IMG/VR virus record: IMGVR_UViG_3300047476_001812
Span: 15,925-79,924 of that record
Source: a virus
Reading direction: 5' to 3' (one strand)
Length of the DNA stretch: 64,000 nucleotides
The translations under genes and the position numbers were made by a program. Of the stretch, positions 10,205 through 20,754 are shown one piece after another (the first letter of the stretch is position 1; the number at the start of each line of letters is the position of its first letter). The notes beneath the pieces are model-generated. The model made no database searches and had not been told where the DNA came from. It saw nothing but the letters and a program-made list of their open reading frames with translations.

Positions 10205-13200
10205 TTAGTATTTGTTTACCACGCCTTGCTGCTGCCTCCTGTCTTCATCCTGTTGTCTACGGGCGTTAGCAGCTAACCCTAACCACACAGCACCCAGTGT
10301 AGCAGGAATAGCCCATTTAGGAATCTTCATACCACCTGTTATTTTAACTTCAGGGTCTATGGGATTATTGAAAGATTGAGTTCCAGGGGTTCTAGGGGTT
10401 CTAACTTGTTGAGGTTCTGACTGAACCCCTTGCTGTACGTTGGTTTTAGCTTGAGGGGGTATGTAATCCCCAGGAATAGAACCACCATCAAATCCCATAC
10501 CTCCTGAGTCATTAGTAATAGGCATATCCCATATTCCATAGTCAGCATTGCCACCACTTCCGTATTGATAGTTCTCGGAACTGCTGGGAACTATATTAAT
10601 TACCTGATTGCCTGCGGGTACAAATTGTTGAATCACTTTTGACGGATTTGGAATATAATCCCCAGGAATAGAACCACCATCAAACCCCATGCCTCCCAAC
10701 ATACTTTCAGGGTTTCCCATGTAGTCTTCAACAAACTTTACTCTACCTAATTTAGCAACATTAGAAGTGGGAACTGTAGGTAGTTCAACTTTTTGTCGTG
10801 TGCGGTAAGCAGGTAGTAGTCTAGCATTTTGCATAGACCTAATTTGCCGTTCACTAAAATCACCACTTTCTATGGCATCCTGAATATCTTGTGGATGATA
10901 AAGCCTGGATTCATTTAACTCCTGTGCTTGTTCATAGGGTAAATATGTATTAGGTAAACTACCAGTAACGGAAGCAGTTAACTTTTCATCAGGATTATTT
11001 TTATACCTAAAAGAATCGTCTTCAGTCTGCATTCCCAAAGTATTTGCGGCAGAAATAAATGCGTTTAATTGTTGTGGATTCCCTTGTCTTTTGATTACAA
11101 CTTCAGGGGAGTCTTCAATGTTAACTATTGCGTTATGTGCTGCACTAGCACGGTTAATTTCTTCTGCTAAATAGTCAGAGTATTCTTGTAAATCTCTAGG
11201 ACGAGTAGACTGAACAGGAGCTATATCTTTTGTGTTCAATAAAACATCAGAAGCGTTAGGCTGATAATTTCTTATAAACTCAACCCTTTTCGCATCAGAT
11301 AGTGGCAAGATTTCTGGGTTAATACTAAAAGACCTGTCTTGACCAAGGGTTGTATAGTTCCCATCAATAAATGAACTTATTTTTCCATCTAGATTATTAG
11401 CAACTCTCTGTTGTGGAGAGTCTATCAATAAATCTATTTGTGCTTTTTGCTGTAAAGCCCTAAGCCTGTCAATATCAGTCCTTGCCTCTTGTGCTTCTTT
11501 ACCTAGTACATAGGACTTGTATTTTAGAACTTCAATATCACTTTGAGGTTTAGCTACTTGACGTTGTTTTCTGTTACTGATTACTGCATCAATCTGATTT
11601 TTCTTCTGTTGAGTTCTATTAATAGCTCCAAGGATGTCTGTTGGCTCTTCATAACCAGCATTGTAAACTTCTTTCTGATTTAAAATTGCCTTATCATCAG
11701 GACTAATGTAATCATCAGGATTAAAGCTTAGATTGCCACTGATAGCTTGTTCTACTATCCATTCAGGAGTAGGTTCAGATATTCTTGCACCTGCTTTAAA
11801 TGGTAAGTCTATCCTTGCTGCTCTACCTTGACTCCTAGTCTCAGCCATTGCATAATTCCCACCAGCAACAGGATTAAATTCGGCTACAGTAGCTTGTGGG
11901 GTTACATCATAATATTTCCCATCAATTAATATTTTGGCGTTAGCCAAAGCATTATCTCTAGCAAGATTAGGGTTAACATTTGCCCAAGCTTGTATAGCGT
12001 CATCGCTAAAACCTTTTAATTCTAATTCCTCACGTTTGCTTTTAGGTAAATAATTAGTAGTGGCATTATCTAAGTTAAGTGGAACGTAAGCGAATGTGTT
12101 AGCATCCTTCCCTTGAACCTTTCTACCAGATTCTGTAGTGTAGATTTTATCGTCTTTCAGAAAGCCTTGTTCTCCTCCAGCCAATATAGTTCTAGGGGTA
12201 ATAGTTACCGGAAGGTAAGCCCCATCAATTACACCTTGGGGAATTACGCCAGGAATATTTTCTTTCCAGAATGTTAAGTCAGGGCTATCATCATAAGTTG
12301 CTAAGTCTAAATATTGAGTATATTGTGGACTCTCAACACCTGCTGTTCTACTAGGAGTAATAGTGTACTTTCTATCAAATGCAGGTTTAGATTCTCCCTT
12401 CTTTGCTATCTTAATTAAGGCATCAACCTCATCACCACCAAGAACTGCTAATGGTTGTGCAAATAATTCATCAACTTTAGCCCTCTTTTCTTCGGGTGTA
12501 AAAGAACTATCTGCAAGTATAGACTGTCTTTGTTGAACCAAGAAAGGGATTTGCCGCCTCGCCACTTGTGCGGCAATTGCCGCTTGAGTTCTGGGGTTAG
12601 ACTCATCAAGAACCCTAGCTAAACCCACACCTTTGGGTAAAGGGATTTGGTAACTGCTATTTAACCCCACTGTTCTGCTATTAAAGATGGGATTTAATAA
12701 TCCTTTCCTGTCTGCCTCCTCATAACTCATACCATCGGGAATAGGCTGATAGTCAGGAGTTGTACCTTTAAAGTCCCGTACCATTAAGCGAGGTCGAGAT
12801 ACAGATGACTCTATAAATAAAGGGTCGTCATTCTCGTCTAAAACAAGAAATGGATGTGCTTCTCCTCCCCGCATATAGCCTAGTTCATTTATATCTCTTT
12901 CTCGCTGAAAGTTTGCTATTTGTGCTGACCTTGGGAGGGTTAATGGGTTTCCGTATAACGGCGTTAACACTTCTTGAGGAAATCCATACTCATTGGGAAT
13001 TGGTGTTCCGTACTCATTTACCTTATAAGCACCCAAAGGAGTTTCAGGATTGGTTTTAAATCTGTAGAATTTAGTGTTGGTAAAATCTCCAAGGTAGTTA
13101 GCATTGACACCAAATACATCTACAGTTCCAGGCTCATAACCTTCAATTGTTTGTTGCCGTGAAACTTGTAAATTTGCAGGAGTATAAACTGTAGGAGGAT

Positions 13201-16060
13201 TGGGGTTACCAGACTCAGGAACATCAGCTACACTTCTTGACCTTTGATTTAATGATAGGTTTTGCTTTTCCCCATAAATAGGTCTGTTTACTTGGTAAGT
13301 TCCGGTTTTCTGATACCTATCTTCTTTATAAGGAACTACTGCAAAGTTACCATTATCAAGTCCTGTGTTACCCGTTCTAATGTAAACAGTTCTGTTAGGG
13401 TCATAGATAACTTTTCCAGTTCGTGTATCCCTAACAGTTTGTGGGGAATTAGAATAAAACTCACTTGCTGGAGTAAAGTTATTTATACCTTTTGCGGCTG
13501 GAGCATTGCTAGGAACATCAACAACAATTCCATCAGTATTAAAAGCTAATCTGCCACCAAGATAATCTGTTTCTTGAAGTGATGGATATGCAGATGTGGC
13601 ATTGGTATCTTGATATCCTGTAGGTGCAGAAACTGTTATAGAATTCCCAGAATTAAATATTGTAGTTTCTCCTCTTTCTGGAACAAAATTTCTTCTGAGT
13701 TGCAAGTTTCCAGCAGCATCATAATCCAGATAAGGTGAAATATTCATATTAGCAGGTGCTTTTCTAACTTCAGCAGTTCTTCTGCCACCTCTAGCTAAAT
13801 CAAGAGCATCCATTGATTGTCCACTACTTTCGGCATTAGCGTTAAAGTAGTTGAATAAATCTTGTGGGTTATTATCGTCTACCCACTTTCTAGCAACAGG
13901 CTTAAAAGCATTCCTGCTTGCTTCCCCAAGCAATTGAACATTAGGAGGTTTGGGAGTTCCCATTCTTTTATCCCAAATCTCAATAAAATTGTCAGTAGGA
14001 ATTGGATTTCCTTCTTTGTCTAAAACAGCGTATTGACTGTAATCAACCCTAGGTTCAATAGCTTCAGGTTGTAAAGTTTCTGGATTAACTAAATTCCCGG
14101 TGTGAACATATTTATTAATTGTCTCACCTGTAATTGGATTAATAGCAGGAACAGGTCTAGTAAATGCTTCTAACCCTGGATTAGTAGGGTCTTCCCTGAT
14201 AATGTCAACTAAGTTATCTCTACCACCTTCTCTCATCGCTCGGTTAATGTCAGTTATTTCCTGAGCAAGATTAGTAGTTTGTTTTCTAATAGGTAGCCCA
14301 CCAGACTCCTCACTTACTGCGGGTCTTACTAAATAAAACCCACCATTTTGAGTAACATTAAAAACCTCTTTTGTTAGAGGATTCATGTAAGTAGCACGGT
14401 AGTTTTTTCCTTGATTATCTGTAGTCTCATAGAGTTTTATATTATCTCTATTAAAACTATCCATGTTACTAGCAGGAATGAACTTAGTTTGAGCAGCTTG
14501 ATTAATATAATTATTGTATTGCTCAGGACTAATTAGTTGACGTTTAACTGCATCCTCAAAGGTAACTAATTCATTACCAAGACCATCAACTCTAGGAATA
14601 GAAATACTTGGGATTGCATTGCCTTCTTTGTCACCTGTATAAACAATAGTAGTTGGAGTTCCCCTGCCTTTACTAAACACCCTCTGATTAGTTTCTTTAT
14701 CTATCCAAGTATTAGGTAGTTTAATAGAACCAGCATTATTTAAGAACCCACCTTGTCCTATCCTGGACATTACTTCTGGAGAGTATTCTTGTCCTACCCC
14801 TGCTATTGTTGGTGCTATGCCAATAGTTCTAGGATAGGGAACTGAATTGTCTCTATTAGCAATGTAACTAGCAGTACCAAAAAACCTACCTTCACCATCA
14901 GTTATTTGATTACCTACTTCTTGCTGTTGTTGAATATAGGCTCTTTCTTTGTCTCTATTCCATTGTCTATCAATTAAATATTGTCTAGCTTGTGGAGAGA
15001 GATTAGTGTACTCAGCTAAAGTGGAATTATTTTTAATAGCTAAAGGTGCGTGCCATTTATATTGGCTATTATTATTGCTCGACAATGGTGTTGATTGGTA
15101 AGACACTCCTGGAGTAGTAGGAGTAAATTGATTACCTTGTTGAATAAAAAAGTTGCTATCACCTGCAAATTCAGGGTTTTGATTGACTTCAAATCCTATA
15201 CTTGATTGTATTGATGGTACAGGAATAAAATTACTTTGTTCACCTTGAATTAAATTAGGAATTTCTAATTTAGTAGGAATAGTTCTACCACCGCTAATCA
15301 ACTTTTGAGTAACGCCAGTGGCAGGGTTAAAAACTAACCCTCTGTTATAGTCATAAACTAAACCAGTTAGCAAATCTGTTTTAATACCAACTGGTTTAGG
15401 TATAGGAATATTCGGAATATTTGCAGTTCTATTTTCTCTATCTTCTAATACATTGAACTGATATTTCTCACCTTGTGCTTTAGGCGTTTGAATCCCAGCA
15501 GTTCTATTAGTATTTACAGGAACAACGGTAGGATTAACACCTGAATCCTCACCCCTTATAAACGCTAACGCCCATCTCTCATAATCATTTCTTGGTTGCC
15601 AATTAGAGTCTTGTGCAATAGCATTCTGGACACCTGCTATATCTAACGGTGCTTGTGAAGCTCCAGTGCTTTTTTGACTAACCGCTGATGGGATATAAGC
15701 TGAATCATCTAATAAATCGTAATTAAAATCGTCATAACTTCCAGGAGCAGCATCGTAGATTCCATCATCAAAGTTAGTATAGTTGCCAACGTTAGCTGTT
15801 CTGGGTTCTTGAGATTGTTGAACTTCTGGACTAACGTACCTACCTAAACTACTAAGTACGGCTTCTTGAGTAGCATTCATAGCAGGGCTAGTTACAGCTT
15901 TGGCTAATCTATCTGCTACAATTCTTTTTTTATCTTGTTCAGTTTGCCCCTGTCTAAACATAAAGTTTCCACCAACTAAATCAGGGAATGATTGGTTGAT
16001 GAAAGCATTTAATTGTCCAGGAGTCATCTGAGATACTAAATACTCAATTTCATTATTCAT
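10205..16060 (-). CDS. 1951-aa protein, probable internal virion/ejection protein with C-terminal hydrophobic segment
   Basis: Long uninterrupted N/Q/P-rich ORF; C-terminal WAIPATLGAVWLGLAA; duplicated GGMGFDGGSIPGDYIP; function inferred only. Confidence 0.6.
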   Translation of the reverse strand: MNNEIEYLVSQMTPGQLNAFINQSFPDLVGGNFMFRQGQTEQDKKRIVADRLAKAVTSPAMNATQEAVLSSLGRYVSPEVQQSQEPRTANVGNYTNFDDGIYDAAPGSYDDFNYDLLDDSAYIPSAVSQKSTGASQAPLDIAGVQNAIAQDSNWQPRNDYERWALAFIRGEDSGVNPTVVPVNTNRTAGIQTPKAQGEKYQFNVLEDRENRTANIPNIPIPKPVGIKTDLLTGLVYDYNRGLVFNPATGVTQKLISGGRTIPTKLEIPNLIQGEQSNFIPVPSIQSSIGFEVNQNPEFAGDSNFFIQQGNQFTPTTPGVSYQSTPLSSNNNSQYKWHAPLAIKNNSTLAEYTNLSPQARQYLIDRQWNRDKERAYIQQQQEVGNQITDGEGRFFGTASYIANRDNSVPYPRTIGIAPTIAGVGQEYSPEVMSRIGQGGFLNNAGSIKLPNTWIDKETNQRVFSKGRGTPTTIVYTGDKEGNAIPSISIPRVDGLGNELVTFEDAVKRQLISPEQYNNYINQAAQTKFIPASNMDSFNRDNIKLYETTDNQGKNYRATYMNPLTKEVFNVTQNGGFYLVRPAVSEESGGLPIRKQTTNLAQEITDINRAMREGGRDNLVDIIREDPTNPGLEAFTRPVPAINPITGETINKYVHTGNLVNPETLQPEAIEPRVDYSQYAVLDKEGNPIPTDNFIEIWDKRMGTPKPPNVQLLGEASRNAFKPVARKWVDDNNPQDLFNYFNANAESSGQSMDALDLARGGRRTAEVRKAPANMNISPYLDYDAAGNLQLRRNFVPERGETTIFNSGNSITVSAPTGYQDTNATSAYPSLQETDYLGGRLAFNTDGIVVDVPSNAPAAKGINNFTPASEFYSNSPQTVRDTRTGKVIYDPNRTVYIRTGNTGLDNGNFAVVPYKEDRYQKTGTYQVNRPIYGEKQNLSLNQRSRSVADVPESGNPNPPTVYTPANLQVSRQQTIEGYEPGTVDVFGVNANYLGDFTNTKFYRFKTNPETPLGAYKVNEYGTPIPNEYGFPQEVLTPLYGNPLTLPRSAQIANFQRERDINELGYMRGGEAHPFLVLDENDDPLFIESSVSRPRLMVRDFKGTTPDYQPIPDGMSYEEADRKGLLNPIFNSRTVGLNSSYQIPLPKGVGLARVLDESNPRTQAAIAAQVARRQIPFLVQQRQSILADSSFTPEEKRAKVDELFAQPLAVLGGDEVDALIKIAKKGESKPAFDRKYTITPSRTAGVESPQYTQYLDLATYDDSPDLTFWKENIPGVIPQGVIDGAYLPVTITPRTILAGGEQGFLKDDKIYTTESGRKVQGKDANTFAYVPLNLDNATTNYLPKSKREELELKGFSDDAIQAWANVNPNLARDNALANAKILIDGKYYDVTPQATVAEFNPVAGGNYAMAETRSQGRAARIDLPFKAGARISEPTPEWIVEQAISGNLSFNPDDYISPDDKAILNQKEVYNAGYEEPTDILGAINRTQQKKNQIDAVISNRKQRQVAKPQSDIEVLKYKSYVLGKEAQEARTDIDRLRALQQKAQIDLLIDSPQQRVANNLDGKISSFIDGNYTTLGQDRSFSINPEILPLSDAKRVEFIRNYQPNASDVLLNTKDIAPVQSTRPRDLQEYSDYLAEEINRASAAHNAIVNIEDSPEVVIKRQGNPQQLNAFISAANTLGMQTEDDSFRYKNNPDEKLTASVTGSLPNTYLPYEQAQELNESRLYHPQDIQDAIESGDFSERQIRSMQNARLLPAYRTRQKVELPTVPTSNVAKLGRVKFVEDYMGNPESMLGGMGFDGGSIPGDYIPNPSKVIQQFVPAGNQVINIVPSSSENYQYGSGGNADYGIWDMPITNDSGGMGFDGGSIPGDYIPPQAKTNVQQGVQSEPQQVRTPRTPGTQSFNNPIDPEVKITGGMKIPKWAIPATLGAVWLGLAANARRQQDEDRRQQQGVVNKY
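10464..10696. repeat. two ~41-bp imperfect direct repeats in the giant ORF (10464-10504, 10656-10696)
   Basis: TAATCCCCAGGAATAGAACCACCATCAAA.CCCAT.CCTCC twice. Confidence 0.85.
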
Positions 16061-16302
16061 AGAAACTCTAAATTAATTTGTTGCTAGAGTTCCTATGAAG
16101 TTCACTACATTTCAGATGGCAAAGGAATTACTTGACCATGTTCATAAAAACCTTGAGTTTCTTCATATAAAGTAATAGGATATTTGAGAGATAAGTAATA
16201 CTCAATCGGTTATTGGTTTGATTGTTGGTTCAGTTGTTGGTTCATGTTAAAAAAAAAATAAAGTAGGCATCCCCAGCAATTAAGCCAGGGAACAATCCTA
16301 TC

Positions 16303-18729
16303 CTACTTCACAACGTAAGCTTCGTTGTAACTTGGATGTCCTACGTTATTAAATCTTGTGTGAAGATGAACCGTAATTTCATCTCCTAATTTAATAGGTG
16401 GCGTGTCCTTAACTGGGACTACACCAATGCTATAGCCATTGGACTTAGCAATGAAGTAATGCTTGCCGTCATTACCAATGCCTGACTCAATCTTCATGAC
16501 AATAGCCTCACCTTTGAAGACTATTTCACGAAAATCTGAATATAGCCGTCCTACTATATTCAGTTTGTCAATTTTGAGAGTCTTAAGTTGTTCACATATC
16601 TGTTCTATACCTAATAGAAAACAGATATTAGTTGAGATGCCTACCCTGTCCTCATGCTCCTTTGCTTGAGGATTGGGAATCCCCGTTTTGTTGTTCCGGT
16701 GTTTGACATCCCAAAAGGCAGCCACAGCCATCATCCTCTGTGTAGGGGGTAAATGATTAAGTATTCCCTCATAGTATCTGCAGATATCTTTTTGAGAAGA
16801 TAACCTACGCTCTTTAATAATTCTGGGAACTCTCTTACCTGGATTATCTTCTTCCCACTTGCGCTGCTCTAATCCAGCAGCATACATGGCAGATGAGTAT
16901 TCGGAAGACACGACTTCTGCCCTCTCAATCCATTTCTTACTAGGATTGAGATGTGAGAAAAGAATGTTAAAAGGTCTGAGATTGGTAGCCTTAAGTTCTG
17001 GGTAAACCCAAAACTTATTTATTTCAGCTACAAGCAGTCCTACGGTATCATTAGGACGTGATGACATCTGGGATGACATATAGCAGTCGTCATTTTTGAC
17101 CTGCTTCAACCAATCAACTCTTTCAGACTTGAGAGCATTACCGATATCATCTAGCAACTTCCTGTTAGGTGGTGTAGCACCTTTGAGGGAGTCTACTGCC
17201 GCTTGCAGCTGCGGCACTAACTGAAATACAAAGTCCTCACGTTTACAAGCCCAGGATTTGGCTATGTAGTATGTGATAAGACCAGTCAAGTTTTCCATTG
17301 ACTTAACCAGGATTTGCCCTAGAGTCCCTTCAATGGGAATCTTCTTAGGTTTTAACCCTGCTTGGTCTAAGTCAGGTTCACCGAAGTTCTTGACTGCCTG
17401 AGCTACGTTAGGTAGAGTTGATGCAGGTAGCCACATAAGGAAATCCCCATCTGTGTCACGCCCCAGTTTCATTAAGGTATTGCAGTTACCTACAATAATC
17501 CCCTCCATCTGCTCCCATTTAGGCAAGACTTTATTTGTCCATACCTTAATATCATATTTCCATCTACAAGGATAGGGGAATACGATTACCTCTTCACCGT
17601 CAGGAAGTCCTGGGATATAACAGCAGTCATCTGGCAACTCCTCGTCTGGCATTACCATAGAGGAGTTAAATTTCATCCCACCAGATGTAGCTATCTCGCG
17701 CCACCGTCGGGATAGCATTCCCATAGTTGCCTTGATAACCCAAGGGTGGGTAGACAACTGACCGTGTACGTCAGACTTTAAAATCTGACTTAACCGAGAT
17801 TCACTAACCTCACTAAACTCCTCGCTTTCATCCCCTTTCCGCAGGAGATACGCTAACAATTTCTGAGGATTGTTGACTAAGATATTTAACTCCTGTGCTC
17901 TCATTTGCGCTACGGGAACTATATCTTTCTGTACACAATCCCAAGGAAGGAACTGTACTACTGAGTATGAAAGATTGGACTTACGGAAGTCCCACCCCAT
18001 TGCATACCGTTCAATAATCTCGGTATCAGTCTCTTCGACCTCAATAAGTCTGGACTTTCTAGACGGAGATTTAAACACCACACCAAAAGCCAATTTAGGA
18101 AGTGTATACTCCCCAGGTTTAACTTTATTGCCTTTGAAACAGGACGTAGGTAAAACAAGGTCATACTTACCTTTCTTAAACCCCACTGCAATTGTACCCT
18201 TTGCACACCAATCAGGGTACATATTGAAAGCCCTAAACTGGAATGGATTGAATATGGAATCCACAAACTCCATAGCAAACTTCTCAGAGCATTTCCCGTG
18301 GCAATCCCCAGTCCTATATTTCTTGGACTTGGCATCACCGTCATTAACAACTAAGAGTTTGATGGCAATATCCTTAATCAACTTACATTCAGTAGTCAGG
18401 TTAGAACCGTAGTTGGCAGCATTCATATTGCTACCAAAGAATCGAGTAAAGCAATTAAGTTCTGAGGTAGAATAGATTGCTTTACCTTCTTTCCTAGAGC
18501 CTGAACCACCAACTAATACATAGTCTTCAAAGCCTTTGTCAAGAACTTCAGAGATGTATTCTAAGTCAGGATTTTCATCAGCTAATAAACTACCCACATC
18601 ACCGATAGCAAACTTAACGTCAGGGAATAGATGCCCCAACATCGTATTGTGATATGTGCTTTGGCAATGCTCTGGTAGCCACTGTTGACTAACTAGGTCG
18701 TATTGCCTTAGAATAAGCTTAGATGGCAT
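16303..18729 (-). CDS. single-subunit two-barrel RNA polymerase, YonO / cellular RdRP (QDE-1)-like
   Basis: Ordered motifs GDCHGKCS, PFQFR...AKGT, LVLPTSCFKG, VIVFPYPC, catalytic GRDTDGDF, LTGLIT, QAAVDSLKG parallel the cellular RdRP motifs DGxGxIS, FQIR..KG, RNP, DxDGD, AVDxxKxG. Confidence 0.85.
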   Translation of the reverse strand: MPSKLILRQYDLVSQQWLPEHCQSTYHNTMLGHLFPDVKFAIGDVGSLLADENPDLEYISEVLDKGFEDYVLVGGSGSRKEGKAIYSTSELNCFTRFFGSNMNAANYGSNLTTECKLIKDIAIKLLVVNDGDAKSKKYRTGDCHGKCSEKFAMEFVDSIFNPFQFRAFNMYPDWCAKGTIAVGFKKGKYDLVLPTSCFKGNKVKPGEYTLPKLAFGVVFKSPSRKSRLIEVEETDTEIIERYAMGWDFRKSNLSYSVVQFLPWDCVQKDIVPVAQMRAQELNILVNNPQKLLAYLLRKGDESEEFSEVSESRLSQILKSDVHGQLSTHPWVIKATMGMLSRRWREIATSGGMKFNSSMVMPDEELPDDCCYIPGLPDGEEVIVFPYPCRWKYDIKVWTNKVLPKWEQMEGIIVGNCNTLMKLGRDTDGDFLMWLPASTLPNVAQAVKNFGEPDLDQAGLKPKKIPIEGTLGQILVKSMENLTGLITYYIAKSWACKREDFVFQLVPQLQAAVDSLKGATPPNRKLLDDIGNALKSERVDWLKQVKNDDCYMSSQMSSRPNDTVGLLVAEINKFWVYPELKATNLRPFNILFSHLNPSKKWIERAEVVSSEYSSAMYAAGLEQRKWEEDNPGKRVPRIIKERRLSSQKDICRYYEGILNHLPPTQRMMAVAAFWDVKHRNNKTGIPNPQAKEHEDRVGISTNICFLLGIEQICEQLKTLKIDKLNIVGRLYSDFREIVFKGEAIVMKIESGIGNDGKHYFIAKSNGYSIGVVPVKDTPPIKLGDEITVHLHTRFNNVGHPSYNEAYVVK

Positions 18730-18756
18730 TGAGTAGACTCCAATGTTATTGAATAG

Positions 18757-18874
18757 AAAACCCCCTAGTAGACAGCGACCAAACTAACTACTAAGGGGTT
18801 TTTGTTTAAATCTGCACGAAGTGAACATAAAAATAACTCACTTCAATTCAACCTAAGTCAAATCAAAGTGAGTT
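18757..18874 (-). promoter_or_regulatory. two stem-loops in the leader of the RNA polymerase gene
   Basis: AAAACCCCCTAGTAG...CTACTAAGGGGTTTT (~18757-18803) and AACTCACTT...AAGTGAGTT (~18835-18874). Confidence 0.55.
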
Positions 18875-18913
18875 AGTTCAATCCTATTTAGGCGTTAGCC
18901 TATTGATTCTGCA

Positions 18914-19096
18914 TCATCTGCATAAATAATAATCTATTCCCAGTGATAAACTCACAGCATTCCAAAATTCGCCCCATGCAAGAGCCTCACTGTGATGGAA
19001 ATTTGTTAGTCGGAACTTCCCTTCCCTCGTTCCTCTCCAATACACGGCAATACCTTCTTCTGTTTTTTCGACAAAAGGTTTTTGTTCTGCTTTCAT
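18914..19096 (-). CDS. hypothetical protein
   Basis: 60-aa ORF directly downstream of hairpin motif 19115-19136. Confidence 0.6.
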   Translation of the reverse strand: MKAEQKPFVEKTEEGIAVYWRGTREGKFRLTNFHHSEALAWGEFWNAVSLSLGIDYYLCR

Positions 19097-19131
19097 AACT
19101 TAACTCAAATTAACTCAAAACTGATTAGGCG

Positions 19132-19305
19132 TTAGCCTTGTTCAGTTTGAGGGCGCAAGGTGCATTGAAATTTCAATGCAAAAGCCCTTGCAGCCTTATA
19201 ATTTTTACATTCTGCTACCCTGCCATCAGGGTAGACAATATGCCATTCTGTCGCATTTAAGATAACATCCGGAGGAATGTTATCTTGTGGACTATAATAA
19301 ATCAT
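19132..19305 (-). CDS. 57-aa hypothetical protein
   Basis: Manual translation MIYYSPQDNIPPDVILNATEWHIVYPDGRVAECKNYKAARAFALKFQCTLRPQTEQG; GGGAG RBS; stop codon lies in the hairpin loop. Confidence 0.55.
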   Translation of the reverse strand: MIYYSPQDNIPPDVILNATEWHIVYPDGRVAECKNYKAARAFALKFQCTLRPQTEQG

Positions 19306-19607
19306 TAACAAGAAACTCCCTTTCTGTGTACAAAAAGCTTCTCATTAATTTTAAACTACAGTCGTTTAAATGGAAACATTTCGCGAGATATTTTCTGTCA
19401 ATTCCCTCGTCGCTATCATTAACTACAAGTACAAAAATAGGTGCGTAGCACCCCATAAAAAAACTCTTCACTCCTAATCCCAAAAGAATACTAACTCCGA
19501 AGGAACTAAAACTACGACTAGGGAGCGTAGCGACCCATAAAAACTTTCTTTAGTTTAAACCTGAGTTATGTTATTATTTAAAGCAAGCAAAATAAACTAA
19601 GTTTACC

Positions 19608-20096
19608 ATGACAGTATTAGTTGACCATCAAATCAAATCTTTTTGTGAGAAAGGACTTGTTAAGCCCTATGATGAATCCTTGGTTAATCCATCTTCCTTA
19701 GATATTAGGTTAGGAAATAATCTAATTATTGACAATGAGATTGCAAATATTTCTCATCACACAAAAGAAAATCCCTACATCTTAGATGCTAATGAATTTG
19801 TGCTGGCAGAAACTCTAGAATATTTAACAGTTCCAAGTAATGTTGCTATAGAGTTAAAGTTAAAATCTTCTAGGGCTAGAGAAGGATTGTCTCACGCATT
19901 AGCAGGTTGGGTAGATAACGGATTTCATGGAGTATTGACTTTGGAATTAAAGAATTACTCTACAAAAAAACCAGTGTTTATCTACCCAGGATTGAGAATA
20001 GGTCAGCTAATTATTCACTCTACAGAAAAACCCACTACTCCCTATCAAGGAAAATATAGCGGGTTCACTACTGTTATGAGTAGTTTGGATAAATAA
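19608..20096 (+). CDS. dcd: dCTP deaminase
   Basis: VNPSSLDIRLG, FVLAETLE, KSSRAREGL, AGWVDNGFHGVLTLELKN, GLRIGQL, YQGKY. Confidence 0.93.
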   Translation: MTVLVDHQIKSFCEKGLVKPYDESLVNPSSLDIRLGNNLIIDNEIANISHHTKENPYILDANEFVLAETLEYLTVPSNVAIELKLKSSRAREGLSHALAGWVDNGFHGVLTLELKNYSTKKPVFIYPGLRIGQLIIHSTEKPTTPYQGKYSGFTTVMSSLDK

Positions 20097-20097
20097 A

Positions 20098-20448
20098 CTA
20101 AGCCTTGAGATAATCAAGATTAAAAGCCTCTCTACTTCTAATGGTGTCGGCTATTATATTTAACCACTCTTCAGTTATCATTTTATTTGATAACTGAAAT
20201 GTGACATAACCATAGTAAAGGCAAAGGTTATTTTTTATATAATCTCTTTCTATCCCACCTCCGCTACTATGCCCACCTTTACCCCAAGTACCACCATTGA
20301 TTTCTATGAGAACCTTAGATTTAATATGAGCATAGTCTGCCCTAAATCTGCGTTTAGGAACAGGCTTAAACTCATTTATTAAATCAATGCTAGGATAAAG
20401 AGTAAGCCATAGTTCTTCAAACTTTAATTCAAGAGTTGACTTTGGCAT
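20098..20448 (-). CDS. PD-(D/E)XK endonuclease (Vsr/DUF559-like)
   Basis: STLELKF...EFKP..RRFRADYA...VLIEINGGTW..GGH...IERDYIKNN. Confidence 0.8.
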   Translation of the reverse strand: MPKSTLELKFEELWLTLYPSIDLINEFKPVPKRRFRADYAHIKSKVLIEINGGTWGKGGHSSGGGIERDYIKNNLCLYYGYVTFQLSNKMITEEWLNIIADTIRSREAFNLDYLKA

Positions 20449-20754
20449 CTTCTTTTGCTAAATACCCTAAGTTTATTTTTCTCAATCATAATTACTTCAC
20501 AAATTACTTCACTATTAATGGGGCAATCGCCCCTATACTTTTGATGGTTTAACTACCGAATCCAAGCAACGCATTTACTGGAAAATCTATTTTCTTTTTT
20601 ATATTGTTGTTATTAGCTTGTGTGTCTAATCTAATTGCACTAGGGGCAACTAAATATCTATTATCAAGTTGTTGTTTTTTCATAACTCACCTGTTTATTT
20701 TGCCGAATATATTATACCATAGAGCAAGCAAAATAAACAGTGGTTGGTTAAATA

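Noticed and set aside
10205-16060. Giant ORF as a crAss- or N4-type virion RNA polymerase
   Set aside because: The size fits, but I found no DxDGD/DFDID or T7-like catalytic motifs and much of it is low complexity
17870-18412. Alternative-frame and antisense ORFs inside long genes (e.g. 17870..18412, 17958..18350, 1567..1857, 30252..30497)
   Set aside because: They shadow well-supported genes and show no motifs or RBS; treated as spurious
19292-19483. ORFs 19292..19483 and 32537..32722, and the long 5' extensions of 38483..38719 and 38725..38997
   Set aside because: They read through class A/B motifs; better starts lie downstream of the motifs
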